Assembly (NCBI GenBank): GCA_029856105.1
Contig: JAHQWH010000224.1
Coordinates: forward strand, 14,463-78,462
Direction of reading: 5' to 3'
Source: Promethearchaeia archaeon
Lineage (GTDB): Archaea > Asgardarchaeota > Lokiarchaeia > Sigyniarchaeales > SOKP01
DNA length: 64,000 nucleotides
In this document: one piece after another, positions 27,661 to 39,035 of the stretch
Position numbering within the stretch: position 1 is the stretch's first letter
Layout of the letters: each line of letters opens with the position of its first letter
Notes under the pieces: generated by a model
Seen by the model: the letters and a program-made list of their open reading frames with translations, nothing else
The model's database searches: none
Told to the model about the DNA's origin: nothing
Position numbers and translations under genes: made by a program

Positions 27661-28968
27661 ATGCCACAAATAAAATTTCTTGGAGGATGTAGAGAAGTAG
27701 GGAGGTCAGCAGTTCTAATTGAGTCAAATAATGGGGCGCAATGTATGTTAGATTATGGCATTAGATTCAAGGGCGAAGAAAGATTACCTTTAGATGGAGA
27801 TTTTAGCAATCTTAAAGCTATTGCGTTGTCTCACTGCCATGTAGATCATTCTGGAGGTTTACCTTTTTTATTTAAGAACAAAGACATTCCCCTCTTTACC
27901 AACCCTCTAACGCTTAGGATGTCAGAGATTTTGATAAAAGATACGATTAAAATCTCCAATTATCCTCACCCGTTCGGGTATAGAGAGTTACAAAGAACAA
28001 TTAAAAACGCATCTTTTCTTAGCAACGAAGTACGTCAGAAGATAGACGATAATTTCTATATTACATTTTACGACGCAGGACACATTCCCGGTAGTGTATC
28101 TATATTAGTAGAAGTTGATAAAAAGAGAATTCTTTACACGGGAGATATCAACACTCAAGAATCGAACTTAGTTTCTCCAGCCGAACCTCTCAAATTGCCT
28201 GAAATTGATGTATTAATTACGGAATCCACATATGCTTTAAAAGAACATCCTATAAGAGCGGAACTTGAAAAAAAATTTATTGATGATACTCTAAATATTA
28301 TCGAAAATGGTGGAAAAGTTCTCGTTCCTGCTTTTGGGGTTGCTCGGTCACAAGAAATCTTGTTAGTTTTGCAAAAATACAATTTTAAAAGTGAAATATT
28401 TCTTGATGGATTAGCAAGAAAAGTTTCGACAGAGTACGCTCAATTTCCTAATTCTTTTAGAAATTTTGCTGAATATAAGTCTGCTTTAAAAAAAGCTCAA
28501 TTAATAACATCAAGAGAAAAACGAAAGAATGTCAAAAAGAGATCAGATGGTTTAATCATATCTCCATCAGGGATGTTAAAGGGAGGTGCAGCTCTTGAAT
28601 ATATCAGCTCAATCTTAACTGACCCAAGCTCAGCAGTTTTTCTTGTGGGATATCAAGTCGAAGGAACTCCGGGAAGAAAATTAATTGACGAAAAAATTTT
28701 CGAGTTTAAAGAAAAAACCAGTAGGAATTATCGTACAAAAGATATTTCTATCAAAGCAAACTGTAATGTAGATTATTATGATTTTTCTAGCCACGCGGAC
28801 AAATTTCATTTACACAAATATATCGAAGATATAAAGTTTCAAAACGATTCTAAATTTATTTTTTGTGTACATGGAGATGCAAAATCAACAACTTCATTTG
28901 CTTACGATTTGTCAGACAAAGGTTTTAATTCAGTTGCTCCTGAAATTGGTGAAACTTATAAGATATAG
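27661..28968 (+). CDS. Beta-CASP metallo-beta-lactamase ribonuclease (aCPSF2-like)
   Basis: LGGCREVGRS, SHCHVDHSG, AGHIPGS, YTGD, ESTY, FSSHAD, VHGD. Confidence 0.93.
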   Translation: MPQIKFLGGCREVGRSAVLIESNNGAQCMLDYGIRFKGEERLPLDGDFSNLKAIALSHCHVDHSGGLPFLFKNKDIPLFTNPLTLRMSEILIKDTIKISNYPHPFGYRELQRTIKNASFLSNEVRQKIDDNFYITFYDAGHIPGSVSILVEVDKKRILYTGDINTQESNLVSPAEPLKLPEIDVLITESTYALKEHPIRAELEKKFIDDTLNIIENGGKVLVPAFGVARSQEILLVLQKYNFKSEIFLDGLARKVSTEYAQFPNSFRNFAEYKSALKKAQLITSREKRKNVKKRSDGLIISPSGMLKGGAALEYISSILTDPSSAVFLVGYQVEGTPGRKLIDEKIFEFKEKTSRNYRTKDISIKANCNVDYYDFSSHADKFHLHKYIEDIKFQNDSKFIFCVHGDAKSTTSFAYDLSDKGFNSVAPEIGETYKI

Positions 28969-28996
28969 AAGAACATATATTAGAAGAACAATCTCG

Positions 28997-30511
28997 TTAT
29001 TCTTGTAATTGCTTTTTAATTATTTTATTACAGTTTTCTAAAAAATCATCAATTTTATCAACTGGGACTCTTGTACCTGCAGCTGGCGGATGACCTCCCC
29101 CTAATTCGTCTAAATTTGAAAGGTCTAGTGCTTCTCTTATCGCCTCTGAAAGGTTTACTCCCTTTTTCACAATACTTTCGTGTGCTCTACTCGATATTTT
29201 ATATACACCATCCTCTTTTCTCTTTGCACACCCAAAAATAGGTTTTGATTTATCTATTAAATCACTTTTGCTAAAAATTAACATAGAAGCAATTGTACCG
29301 ATAATAGTTTCTGATATGACATCTTCTCCAAAAAAAAATTGTATGTGCTCTTTGAGTTGAATTTTATTTTCATCACGTATCCATGATAATGCTTGGCCTA
29401 AAGATCTCTTATACTCTATTAACTGCTCTCTTGCTTTCTTATAAGCGATTCTTCTATCCCCCATTGCAATAGCGATTCCTAACGATCCATTATGACTTCT
29501 CCCACATGAATTTAAAAGATAAGAAAATTCTTTTAGATCGTGTAATTCAGAACCAACTAATTCATTTTTTAATATGTACCTATTAATAATAAGATTATTT
29601 ATAATTTCAGAAGGTTCAACATCGAGTTTAAGAGATATATATCTAATTATGCCCGAAGTAACTTTCTGTTTTTCTTCTTTGTTAAAATCGTTTAAAGTTC
29701 TTATATTACCATCTGAATTTTCCATCAAAATTCCTAAAGTTTGTAAAAATTTTAACATTTTACTCGTATTTCCAGTTAATCCCGGTAGATTAATATCGGT
29801 GGAGTAAGCTATTGCTTCATTTATAGGTTTAATAGGAGAAAAATTTAAGTCATTTACCATTTCTACTAAATCTGCATTGGTGGCATGTTCTAAAATAATA
29901 GAATTTAACCCAGTAAAAGAATTACTAGGCCCTCGATTTTGAATATCACCCGTTGCCCCTATAAGTGCTATTGGAGACAAATCTAAATTATTCTCATTTA
30001 ACGCTTTAGCAAAGAAGTAACAAATTCCTGCTCCTGAAATTTCTTTACTACCATCAATTTCATAAAAATAAGGATTGATATGCCAAGGTTTCGAATTTTT
30101 GTAAATTTCTTTAATTTTATCGTCATTCTTATCTGAAATATCTTGGGGGATATGGTGATCTAATATAATATAGGGAGTATTTTTATTATCATTTTTCAAT
30201 TTATCATCGAGTTCTAAATATTGTCCACTTCCAAAATCAGAAAAAATCAACAAATTATTATAGTCCTGAACCTTTTCTACAATTTTTATAATTTCCTCTC
30301 TTTCTAATTGTCTTAACACAGAGATCTGAAAGGGAATACGCTCTCTATATAGAGCCTTCCCAATTATTGCCCCAGATGTTAATCCATCTGCATCTAAATG
30401 AGTATATATCTGAACAGCAGCCTCAGATTCTTTTAAATGATCTTGAAACCATTTGATTGTTTCTGTTAGATCAGAGGTTAATAGTTTAAGTTTTGTATGT
30501 ATTTTATTCAT
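28997..30511 (-). CDS. DHH/DHHA1 phosphoesterase (archaeal RecJ/GAN/Cdc45 family)
   Basis: HLDADG, SDFGSG, LDHH, SGAG, GATGD, GGGHPPAAG. Confidence 0.92.
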   Translation of the reverse strand: MNKIHTKLKLLTSDLTETIKWFQDHLKESEAAVQIYTHLDADGLTSGAIIGKALYRERIPFQISVLRQLEREEIIKIVEKVQDYNNLLIFSDFGSGQYLELDDKLKNDNKNTPYIILDHHIPQDISDKNDDKIKEIYKNSKPWHINPYFYEIDGSKEISGAGICYFFAKALNENNLDLSPIALIGATGDIQNRGPSNSFTGLNSIILEHATNADLVEMVNDLNFSPIKPINEAIAYSTDINLPGLTGNTSKMLKFLQTLGILMENSDGNIRTLNDFNKEEKQKVTSGIIRYISLKLDVEPSEIINNLIINRYILKNELVGSELHDLKEFSYLLNSCGRSHNGSLGIAIAMGDRRIAYKKAREQLIEYKRSLGQALSWIRDENKIQLKEHIQFFFGEDVISETIIGTIASMLIFSKSDLIDKSKPIFGCAKRKEDGVYKISSRAHESIVKKGVNLSEAIREALDLSNLDELGGGHPPAAGTRVPVDKIDDFLENCNKIIKKQLQE

Positions 30512-30606
30512 TTTTTTATAAAATTTTAATATAAACTTAGTTTAATATATTAAAATAAGAATTTAATATTAAATACTCAATTAAAAAAAAATATTAAGTG
30601 AAAAAT

Positions 30607-31605
30607 ATGACACACCATGTCAAAATTAATGAGTTAACTTTAAAGCTTGTTGAAAAAATAATTGAAAATAAAGAATTTTATAAAGCCGAAATACAAAAAT
30701 TTGATAATGGCGCTACAGTCTTAGATATGACAAATGCATCGTGGAACGGGGGAAAATTAGTTGGTGAAATTTGTATGGGCGGATTAGGAACAGTTGATTT
30801 TACTTCCTATAACTTAGATGGCCATTATATACCGAGCGTTAATGTTTATACTTCCGAACCAATAATATCTTGTATGGCATCTCAACTAGCGGGATGGAAC
30901 GTAAAATTGAAAAAAGAAGTAGAAAAAGAAGGTGTAGTAAAAAAAAAGACAATTTTTCAATCATTAGGTTCAGGACCTGCTAGAGCTAAAAGTAAAGTTG
31001 AAAAGCTATTTGAAGAAATTAAATACGCTGATGATTCGGACTGTGCTGTGATTGTTTTTGAAACCGCAAAGTTGCCTAACGAAGAAGTGATGGCAATAGT
31101 AGCAGAAAAATGTGGAGTAGATACAAGTAAAACTTATGCCGTTTGCGCACCTACTGCTTGTTTAACGGGGTCTATCCAAGTTGCTGCTAGAATCGTAGAA
31201 ACGGGCATACATAAACTCCATGAAATTCATTTTCCTTTAGATGTGCTCAAAGACGGTTTTGGAACGGCTACAATAGCCCCTATTGCTAAAGACGATCTTG
31301 GAGCTATGGGGCGAACTAATGATTCAATTAGTGCAGCTGGTATGACTTACTATACAATTGATGTCGAAAAGGACAAACAAGATGAGATTTTTGATCTGCT
31401 TAAAAAAGCTCCAGCCAATACATCGTCTAGTTATGGAAGACCATTTTTAGAAACATTTAAAGCAGCAAATTATGATTTCTATGCGATTGATCCAGGATTA
31501 TTCGCTCCGGCTATTTATACAATTACAAATATTCAAACAGGAAAGAGTATTACAGTTGGTGAAATTAACCATAATTTATTAAAAGAGTCCTATAAGTTAA
31601 GTTAA
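30607..31605 (+). CDS. mch: Methenyltetrahydromethanopterin cyclohydrolase
   Basis: EICMGGLG, SQLAGW, GSGPARA, GSIQVAARIVETGIHK, MGRTND, DFYAIDPGLFAPA. Confidence 0.95.
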   Translation: MTHHVKINELTLKLVEKIIENKEFYKAEIQKFDNGATVLDMTNASWNGGKLVGEICMGGLGTVDFTSYNLDGHYIPSVNVYTSEPIISCMASQLAGWNVKLKKEVEKEGVVKKKTIFQSLGSGPARAKSKVEKLFEEIKYADDSDCAVIVFETAKLPNEEVMAIVAEKCGVDTSKTYAVCAPTACLTGSIQVAARIVETGIHKLHEIHFPLDVLKDGFGTATIAPIAKDDLGAMGRTNDSISAAGMTYYTIDVEKDKQDEIFDLLKKAPANTSSSYGRPFLETFKAANYDFYAIDPGLFAPAIYTITNIQTGKSITVGEINHNLLKESYKLS

Positions 31606-31667
31606 AATTAACTTTATCAATATTACTCTAATTTTTTTTTATTTATATTAAATAACGGTTCAAAAAT

Positions 31668-32849
31668 CTAAAAATTAGTTAATTCGCCTTGATATTTTAA
31701 TATTTCTGCATCGGATATATCTTTATCAACTTTAATTTGTTTATGGATTCCTAAATAAGCACAAGCTATTTTAGCTGCTGCAGCAATTTCAGCTTTTTTT
31801 AAGGTTAGAGAATATTCGTCAACAGGTTGTGCTTGATTGATATAGTATGATTTTCGATAATTTTTCTCACCTTGTACTGATTCATCTAAAAATGGGTCGT
31901 ATTGAATTTTTTTTTCTTGTAATTCTGTAGCTCTTTCAGATTTCATCTTGTATAATAAAGAAGCCATTTTATCTGCCACATTGAAGGGTAATTGATTTTT
32001 TCCTATTATTCTAATGATGTTGTTTATGTCAAAATAATTTAATGTGTCATACTTTGCTCTTATAAAGCATTTAAGGTTTTCAGAATTTTTTTGACACTCA
32101 ATCTCAGTCCAATCGTGAATTGCCAATCTTCTTCGGAAAAAGATCAATTCCCAATCGATTCCTAACTCTTTTAAAAATTTAAATAATTTGTCGTCATTCG
32201 GTTTTCTCGATTCTATAATAATAAATAATTGTAGACCGTAGTATTTATGTTCTTCTTGTAGGAAGTATCCTCGCTGTTGCATTGACGCAAGGATTTTAAC
32301 CTTTATAGAGTAAATATTATCAGAAACATCCCTTTTTTCACAGTTTAAGTAAATTACATTTCCTTCTTCGGTAATATATTCACTATCAAGAAAGCCTAAA
32401 ATGCTATCATCGTTTTCTTCAATAAAATCCTTCAATCCACTGAGAGTTGGTTTTACATCATACTTTGTTAAATCATTTTCTCTGATTGTAACGTAATCAG
32501 TATTACTTCCTCCAATTGCTAATTTAATAGATTTTAATTTTAACTCTTTTTCCTCTCCAAACACATTTTTAAAAGCATCAATTAAAGGAAAAATTTCATT
32601 CTCTAAAATATTTAGATTAGCCATTGAACTTTCAAAAGGTTGCGGTGACTCAAGCAATTTGTTTAATACTGGCGCTTCTGAAGCATCGACTTCAATTTCA
32701 TAATCTTTTGCTAAGTTCTTTCGAATAATACAAAAAGACCTTCTTTTTTTATTGTATATGGAAAGAGAAGTACAATTGTCTATTACCGCTCGAAATTGTT
32801 CGTTGTACATATCATCAAAACTTTTCGATTTGAGCTTTCTTTTTCTCAT
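31668..32849 (-). CDS. Hypothetical protein
   Basis: About 393-aa ORF with protein-like composition; no motif recognised. Confidence 0.75.
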   Translation of the reverse strand: MRKRKLKSKSFDDMYNEQFRAVIDNCTSLSIYNKKRRSFCIIRKNLAKDYEIEVDASEAPVLNKLLESPQPFESSMANLNILENEIFPLIDAFKNVFGEEKELKLKSIKLAIGGSNTDYVTIRENDLTKYDVKPTLSGLKDFIEENDDSILGFLDSEYITEEGNVIYLNCEKRDVSDNIYSIKVKILASMQQRGYFLQEEHKYYGLQLFIIIESRKPNDDKLFKFLKELGIDWELIFFRRRLAIHDWTEIECQKNSENLKCFIRAKYDTLNYFDINNIIRIIGKNQLPFNVADKMASLLYKMKSERATELQEKKIQYDPFLDESVQGEKNYRKSYYINQAQPVDEYSLTLKKAEIAAAAKIACAYLGIHKQIKVDKDISDAEILKYQGELTNF

Positions 32850-33122
32850 GAATTTTACCAAAAAATATTCTATTGTTAAATTAATAAAAAAACAATTTTA
32901 TAATTTTATGTATGAAAAGATATAATTGTCTTTTATTAATATTACTCAATTAATAATCTTTTGATAACTTTTTGTTAAAAAATAACATAGATAGTTAGTT
33001 TACTATTACATTATCCGGTATTTAGAAATTTGTGGGATCCTAATCTCTTAATTAAACAAAAATCAAGCAAAAGTTCTAAAAGCAGAGTAACAGAAGTAAA
33101 TTCATTGAACTTAAATAAAAAT

Positions 33123-33302
33123 CTAATCTAATTCGTCCTCTAAGAAGTATTTACTTCCCTTTTTCTTATATATTATTGTTGAGCCAAAAGTATTTCGCAT
33201 AGTATATTTGTCTCCTTCAACTTCTATTAATTCAATAGAATAAGACAACGCTCTATCTTTTAGTATTTCGTCGACAATTCTTTTTTCTTCAGCAGGGTCC
33301 AT
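33123..33302 (-). CDS. Small hypothetical protein (59 aa, not in the ORF track)
   Basis: ATG...TAG frame MDPAEEKRIVDEILKDRALSYSIELIEVEGDKYTMRNTFGSTIIYKKKGSKYFLEDELD fills the gap co-directionally. Confidence 0.7.
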   Translation of the reverse strand: MDPAEEKRIVDEILKDRALSYSIELIEVEGDKYTMRNTFGSTIIYKKKGSKYFLEDELD

Positions 33303-33374
33303 AATATAGAAATATAATGCGGTTAAAAAAAAATTTTCTGTTTTCTTAAAATTATTTATTTAAATAAAAATTAC

Positions 33375-33857
33375 TTACAAGGACTCTTTTCCAGTCATCT
33401 CAATTATATTTAATCTCATTATACATATGTTATCATATGCTTGTTCATTTTTAAGGAATCTTTTTTTTACTTTACCTGGATCTTCTTCTAAGTGATTTAG
33501 AATGATGTTAAATCCATATTTTTTTTCTTCCAAATCCTCTACAGTTGCCATTTTACCCCAGAATACGATAGAACGGTACTTATGAGAACAATCGTTCATT
33601 ACATATCCTAGATCATCCACTATTGTGCCACACACGTTCGAATTTTCCCTTAAAAACTCAACCTTTAACCCTTCTTTAGCACTATGAAAGAATAAAGAAT
33701 TCTGTTTTAAGTCAAAACCATAACTTAAGGTTACGATATAAGGTTCGTTAGCTCTACACATTGAAATCGTCGCAAACTTTCCGTTTTTCAATATTTCAAT
33801 TATTGTATTTTTATCCGTTACTTCCCTTTCTTTTTTTTTCATATGATATTTCGGCAT
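33375..33857 (-). CDS. Pyridoxamine 5'-phosphate oxidase-like / NimA-family flavin-binding protein
   Basis: PYIVTLSYG...LFFHSAKEGLK...YRSIVFWG. Confidence 0.88.
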   Translation of the reverse strand: MPKYHMKKKEREVTDKNTIIEILKNGKFATISMCRANEPYIVTLSYGFDLKQNSLFFHSAKEGLKVEFLRENSNVCGTIVDDLGYVMNDCSHKYRSIVFWGKMATVEDLEEKKYGFNIILNHLEEDPGKVKKRFLKNEQAYDNICIMRLNIIEMTGKESL

Positions 33858-34119
33858 ACATTTTTCTCACACTAAGATTTAAATCATTATATCCAAATAA
33901 GGATGCTTAAAAATTATGTAATAGTAGTAATTCCTCTGGATATTACTTTATTATTTAAAAAAATTATCTCAATCAAAAATTATACTGTATAAAACTAACG
34001 GTTTCAACGGTTTTATTAAGAAATCGTGAAAAATTTAATAAAAACTTATGTTTAAAATATAAATAAACTTCTAGATAAACATACAACAGAATTAAAATAT
34101 TTGTTTGTGGATAATAACC

Positions 34120-35367
34120 ATGGCTAAACAGGTACTTGATATTGGCTTTTTCAGCACAATGTACAGTCAGATTAATGGTACTGCTCATGCTGTTCGATTT
34201 TTATCCGAAGCAATCGCAAAACTTGGTCATAATGTTCATGTTTTTGCACCTCGAGTTCAAAATGGGTACAAAAAGCCGAAAACTTTACATTTTCACGAAA
34301 TTGGGGGTGTAATGATTGCACCTAAAACGGGTTTTGTTCTAAGTGCCCCCATACATAAAATTTTTTTCTGTCAACACGATTATCTCGATATTTCCCACAT
34401 CCATACGCATGCTGTTGTAGGATCCATGGCAATAAATTGGTCCAATTATTTAGGGATTCCAATGGTAGGAACTCATAATAGTCCTATGCAGTATTACACG
34501 GCTCAATATGTTCCGATCATTGGTAACCTCTTGACAAAAGGCGACCTTATTTGGAGATACGAACGCCATATAGTAGATAAATACGATTTTGTTCATGTCG
34601 CTACAAAATCCAAAAAAGATTTGTTAAGAGATTACAGATTTAAAGAACCAATAGTTTGCATGACGAATGGTATTCACGATTCATATTTTACAAATTTGAA
34701 AGAAAATGGGATTCGTGAAAAATATAATTTAGAAGGTAAAAAGGTCCTTTTATATGCATCAAGGCTATCACCAGAAAAACACCCCATAGATATTATTAAA
34801 ATATTTAAAGAAGTTCATAAAGCAATTCCTAACGCTCACCTATTATTAGTTGGAAGCGATGGTCCATCAACTGACCACGTAAAAAGAATAATTAATAAGA
34901 AACAATATCGAGATTTCGTTTCGTATGCTGGTAGAATACCCTTTCCAGATTTATTAAAATTATATGATACAGCAGATCTAACTTGCTTGTGGTCGTGGAT
35001 TGAAGCTGAAGGGCTCGTCTTACTCGAAGCGATGGCTCAGGGAACACCCTGTGTTGGAGCTAATGCTTGTGGAATTAGTAATATAATTCGACATGGCAAA
35101 ACGGGATATTTGGCAAATAATCTCGATCAATTTAAAGATTATGTTATAAAGTTATTAAAAGATGACGATCTTAGGGCTGAATTTGGAAAAAATGCTCAAA
35201 AAGTAGCTCAAGATTATAGAGTAAGCAAAATCGCAAAAACATGGATTAAGTTATACAATTTCACAATTAACGAACTCTATCCTTTACGATACAATAGAAA
35301 AGATAGGAAAACTCGTGTGGAGTTAGTAAAAGAATTTATCCTACACTTACCAAATGCAACCTTTTAG
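34120..35367 (+). CDS. GT4 family glycosyltransferase (1,2-diacylglycerol glucosyltransferase-like)
   Basis: QINGTA, SRLSPEKH, EAEGLVLLEAMAQGTP. Confidence 0.9.
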   Translation: MAKQVLDIGFFSTMYSQINGTAHAVRFLSEAIAKLGHNVHVFAPRVQNGYKKPKTLHFHEIGGVMIAPKTGFVLSAPIHKIFFCQHDYLDISHIHTHAVVGSMAINWSNYLGIPMVGTHNSPMQYYTAQYVPIIGNLLTKGDLIWRYERHIVDKYDFVHVATKSKKDLLRDYRFKEPIVCMTNGIHDSYFTNLKENGIREKYNLEGKKVLLYASRLSPEKHPIDIIKIFKEVHKAIPNAHLLLVGSDGPSTDHVKRIINKKQYRDFVSYAGRIPFPDLLKLYDTADLTCLWSWIEAEGLVLLEAMAQGTPCVGANACGISNIIRHGKTGYLANNLDQFKDYVIKLLKDDDLRAEFGKNAQKVAQDYRVSKIAKTWIKLYNFTINELYPLRYNRKDRKTRVELVKEFILHLPNATF

Positions 35368-36065
35368 ATGTTATCTCTCTCTCTAACTTTTTTAAGTTTT
35401 GATTTACATTTCTCACATAGATAAATAGATTTACTATCAATTTCTTTAATATTTTTAGAGAAGTGCATAACACAATAATCGTTAATACAATGGCCACAAT
35501 CTAATATTAAATGTCCTATTTCATGAATTACTTCTTTAAAGATCCTCCTTTCCATCTTTTCCAATTTAAGATCCTCAAGATTAAACAAATCTATCAGGTT
35601 ATGAGTAGACACTATAGCACTCATGTATTTAATATGTGCCTCTCCAAATAAAAACAATAACTTTTCATTACTACTAGAATAGATTGGTAAATTTGTCAAT
35701 CCTAAACCAATATCTAATTTATATTCAAATTTTTTATCAACAATAATTTCATAAAATTTATTAGTTGGTTGGAGGAGGACCTTTTCTGAAGATTTATTTA
35801 ATAAATTATGTTCCTCCTTTACCCTTAATTCAAATATTTCAGGGCGTATATTTACATTTTTTATAAACTGAATGCCATAAAAAAAAGAATCGAACGTTTG
35901 TTCCAAATGAAATCTCAACTTGTTTAACATAGAAGTTGACACATTACCAATAAAGATAATTCCCAAATGACAAGGAAATATAATTTGTCTATTAGTAGAT
36001 TGATTTATTGGTAATACTAGAGTGTGCTTATTTAAAAAATCTTTACCATTTTGAAATTTTGACAT
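35364..36065 (-). CDS. Archaemetzincin (peptidase M54)
   Basis: FLFGEA, KEVIHEIGHLILDCGHCINDYCVMHFS...LCEKC. Confidence 0.88.
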   Translation of the reverse strand: MSKFQNGKDFLNKHTLVLPINQSTNRQIIFPCHLGIIFIGNVSTSMLNKLRFHLEQTFDSFFYGIQFIKNVNIRPEIFELRVKEEHNLLNKSSEKVLLQPTNKFYEIIVDKKFEYKLDIGLGLTNLPIYSSSNEKLLFLFGEAHIKYMSAIVSTHNLIDLFNLEDLKLEKMERRIFKEVIHEIGHLILDCGHCINDYCVMHFSKNIKEIDSKSIYLCEKCKSKLKKVRERDNI

Positions 36066-36184
36066 AATAAAATTATTTTAACAAACGGATATACTCTTTT
36101 TTTATTCATAATTATTATCTATTTAAGTTATTAATAATTTTATAAATTTAAATAATTATTATAAAAATCTTTCTTAATATCGTA

Positions 36185-37252
36185 ATGTCGGACAATCCTA
36201 AAACAATAAATCATCAAGACGATGACCAAAAAGACGCTCAAATAAATTTGAAAATCAACGGGGAGCAAAAAGAAGTAATAGAAAAGGATTTTGTATCTCA
36301 CTTTATACCAACATACAGAATTAAATCTTTGTTATATCCCTTACCTATAATAATAGTTATTGTTTTTGCTGCTTTTTTAGCCTATCTCACATTTTTTGTT
36401 GCGGGTATTCAGATTGAAGAAAGCTACTTCCCTGAAGACGAGTTTGGCGCCTTGGCCGTCGTATTAAATGGAGCTATTTTCACTATAGTAGCAGTAGTTT
36501 CAGCGTTTGTTATCGTCTTTTTTATAAAAAAATTTGGAATAGGCGTTTTAAAATACATTTTTGGACTGAGTTTTGCTTTTATAAGTTTCTTTATGACTCT
36601 AATGTTTTCAGAGGTAATTATTTATTTAATCTTTGTTCAATTTCCCGAAACTACTTTTGTTTTGAAACTTTATTTTCTATTTATTAACGCCTACTTGCCA
36701 ATAATGACGGCGTTTTTAGTCTTTCTACTACTTTACAAATACTTTACTTCAAAATCAATTAATACAAAAAACTTAATCATTTTATACGTCAGCTTATTAA
36801 TTAGTGCTTCGATGAGTATTATTTTGCCCTTTTGGAGCACCTTAGCTATATTAATTGGCATCTCTCTTTGGGATATCTTTGGTGTTCTTTATAAACATGG
36901 GCCAATTAAAGCTATGATAGATATAACTTCCCAAAATGACGATGAAATTAGCTTAACAAAAGCAGAAACAAAAGAAAAAATTAAGAGCGGTGAGATGATC
37001 TATGATACCTCCAAATTAGAGATTGGAATCGGAGATTTGGCTTTTTACAGTTTACTTACTTCAAGCGTCCTCCTTTATACAAACAATGTAATAATTATGA
37101 TTTTAACCACAGTTGCAATTCTGATCGGAACAGGAATTACAATATCGGGATTAAAAAGAAATAAAATTTTGCCTGGGCTACCCATTTCTATTTTCTTAGG
37201 CATAAGTACTTTTTTCCTGTCTCAGTTTGTAATAAATATCTTTTTTATATGA
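36185..37252 (+). CDS. Presenilin-family intramembrane aspartyl protease (A22)
   Basis: Multi-TM; SLWDIFGVL..HGPIK, IGIGDLAFYS (GxGD), LPGLPISI (PAL-like). Confidence 0.9.
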   Translation: MSDNPKTINHQDDDQKDAQINLKINGEQKEVIEKDFVSHFIPTYRIKSLLYPLPIIIVIVFAAFLAYLTFFVAGIQIEESYFPEDEFGALAVVLNGAIFTIVAVVSAFVIVFFIKKFGIGVLKYIFGLSFAFISFFMTLMFSEVIIYLIFVQFPETTFVLKLYFLFINAYLPIMTAFLVFLLLYKYFTSKSINTKNLIILYVSLLISASMSIILPFWSTLAILIGISLWDIFGVLYKHGPIKAMIDITSQNDDEISLTKAETKEKIKSGEMIYDTSKLEIGIGDLAFYSLLTSSVLLYTNNVIIMILTTVAILIGTGITISGLKRNKILPGLPISIFLGISTFFLSQFVINIFFI

Positions 37253-37329
37253 TTTTCGATTTCTTATGTAATGTATTGATAAATAAGGTTCTTAATGTTA
37301 ATTAAAAATTCTAAAAGTTGAAGGAAATA

Positions 37330-38520
37330 ATGGTTGATTTAAGTCTTATTAAAATATTTACGGTTGTTGGTGCGGGAACCATGGGGCGAGAAATAGCCCA
37401 AGTTGCTTTACTGTCAGATATGTTTGACAAAGTCATTTTGAACGACATTAACGAATATTCTCTAAATAACGCGAAAAAATATATTAAACTTGGTATAGAA
37501 AAAATTGAATCTAAAGGAAAGCTAGGCCAGGGATTAACCACGCTTTCTCTAATTAAAAAACTAATTATTGATAAAAATCTAATTAATTCTATTAGAGAAG
37601 CAGATTTTATCGTAGAAGCGATACCCGAAGTAATGGAATTAAAGCAAGATTTATTCAGAGAACTAGGGCAACACGCGCCAAAACATGCGGTGTTAGCAAC
37701 AAATACCTCAACGATGAGCATTTCTAAAATCGCCGAAGCGTCAGGCAGACCAGAACAAGTAATTGGAATGCATTTTTTTACGCCTATTCCGTTACTCCGA
37801 TTAATTGAATTAATTAAAGGAGAAAAAACATCTCAAGAAGCGTTTAACTTGGGAGTAGCAATTGGTCAAAAGCTACCAGCGCTCAAAGGCAAAAGATATA
37901 TCGCAAAAATAGAAAAGGAAAGTCCAGGCTTTATTGTAAACCGCTTAACCATTGCGACAACTCTCCTTTTTAACTGGATTTTAGATATGGCTACGGAAAA
38001 AGGAATACCTTACGAAAAATTTGACAATGATTTTGTATCTTCCCCTGAATTAGGACCCTTAGCTAAATGGGATTACTTAGGTTTAGATGTTATTTGCGAC
38101 GTTATGAATTATTTTGCGAAAATGATATCACCAGAATTCGCCCCCGGCAAAACGCTCACAAATCTTCTGAAAGCGGGAAATTTGGGGAGAAAATCGGGAA
38201 AAGGCATTTATGAGTGGTTTGAAGGAAAGCCAAAAATTAGCTTTCATGAAAAAGCAGGATTATTTAATCTAGAACACTATTTCGCAATTCAATTAAACGA
38301 AGGTTGTAGATTATTAGGGGAAAAGATTGTTTCTGGATATAAAGTAATTGACGACACTATGTTAGCTGGGATGGACATGCCCGGACCTTTTGGAGCTGGA
38401 AAAAAGAATTACGAAAAATGGTCTCAAATGTTAGATGATCTTTCAGAATTTACTGGAATAACCTATTTTAAACCTTGCAACTTAATGAAATCTGGAAATT
38501 TTCTAAAAATGCGAAAATAA
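37330..38520 (+). CDS. 3-hydroxyacyl-CoA dehydrogenase
   Basis: VVGAGTMGREIA, EAIPE...LK, ATNTST, GMHFF, PGFIVNR. Confidence 0.92.
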   Translation: MVDLSLIKIFTVVGAGTMGREIAQVALLSDMFDKVILNDINEYSLNNAKKYIKLGIEKIESKGKLGQGLTTLSLIKKLIIDKNLINSIREADFIVEAIPEVMELKQDLFRELGQHAPKHAVLATNTSTMSISKIAEASGRPEQVIGMHFFTPIPLLRLIELIKGEKTSQEAFNLGVAIGQKLPALKGKRYIAKIEKESPGFIVNRLTIATTLLFNWILDMATEKGIPYEKFDNDFVSSPELGPLAKWDYLGLDVICDVMNYFAKMISPEFAPGKTLTNLLKAGNLGRKSGKGIYEWFEGKPKISFHEKAGLFNLEHYFAIQLNEGCRLLGEKIVSGYKVIDDTMLAGMDMPGPFGAGKKNYEKWSQMLDDLSEFTGITYFKPCNLMKSGNFLKMRK

Positions 38521-38639
38521 TTTGTTATAAAGCTATAATTAAGATATCAAAATTTTTAGAAAATACTTTTTCAAGAATAAATATTAATTTATAACATATA
38601 TTAATCTAAATTATCGATACAATTATTTCTTCATGAAAA

Positions 38640-38924
38640 ATGAATGAAAAAGATTCAGCTCCTAAAACGGGTTTCCATAAAATTATTGATTTTTTTAACA
38701 ATAATCTTGAAAGGAATCATCCAATTGCAATCGCTGAAGTAGTTGAGAAAACCGGATTTTCGTGGAGCTTCGTGAAAAAAACACTTGCTAAAATAAAAGA
38801 AGAATACGATGGATTTCATTTTGAAAAATCAGGAAGCACATGGATTATGTGGAAAGATCGAAATCATATAATAAAGAAATTGGACGAAACCTGTTCTCGA
38901 TTTTTAAAAGATGATGAAAAGTAA
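38640..38924 (+). CDS. Small winged-helix DNA-binding protein
   Basis: AIAEVVEKTGFSWSFVKKTL HTH-like segment followed by a beta wing. Confidence 0.7.
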   Translation: MNEKDSAPKTGFHKIIDFFNNNLERNHPIAIAEVVEKTGFSWSFVKKTLAKIKEEYDGFHFEKSGSTWIMWKDRNHIIKKLDETCSRFLKDDEK

Positions 38925-39035
38925 TGCTAAATGGCTTGATCGATTCTTCATCTCTTACACTTTCTAACCTTTTAACCTGAGATGTATAAAATACAGCAAT
39001 CCGGGCAAATATTTTATTCTGTAAATTGCTAGAGC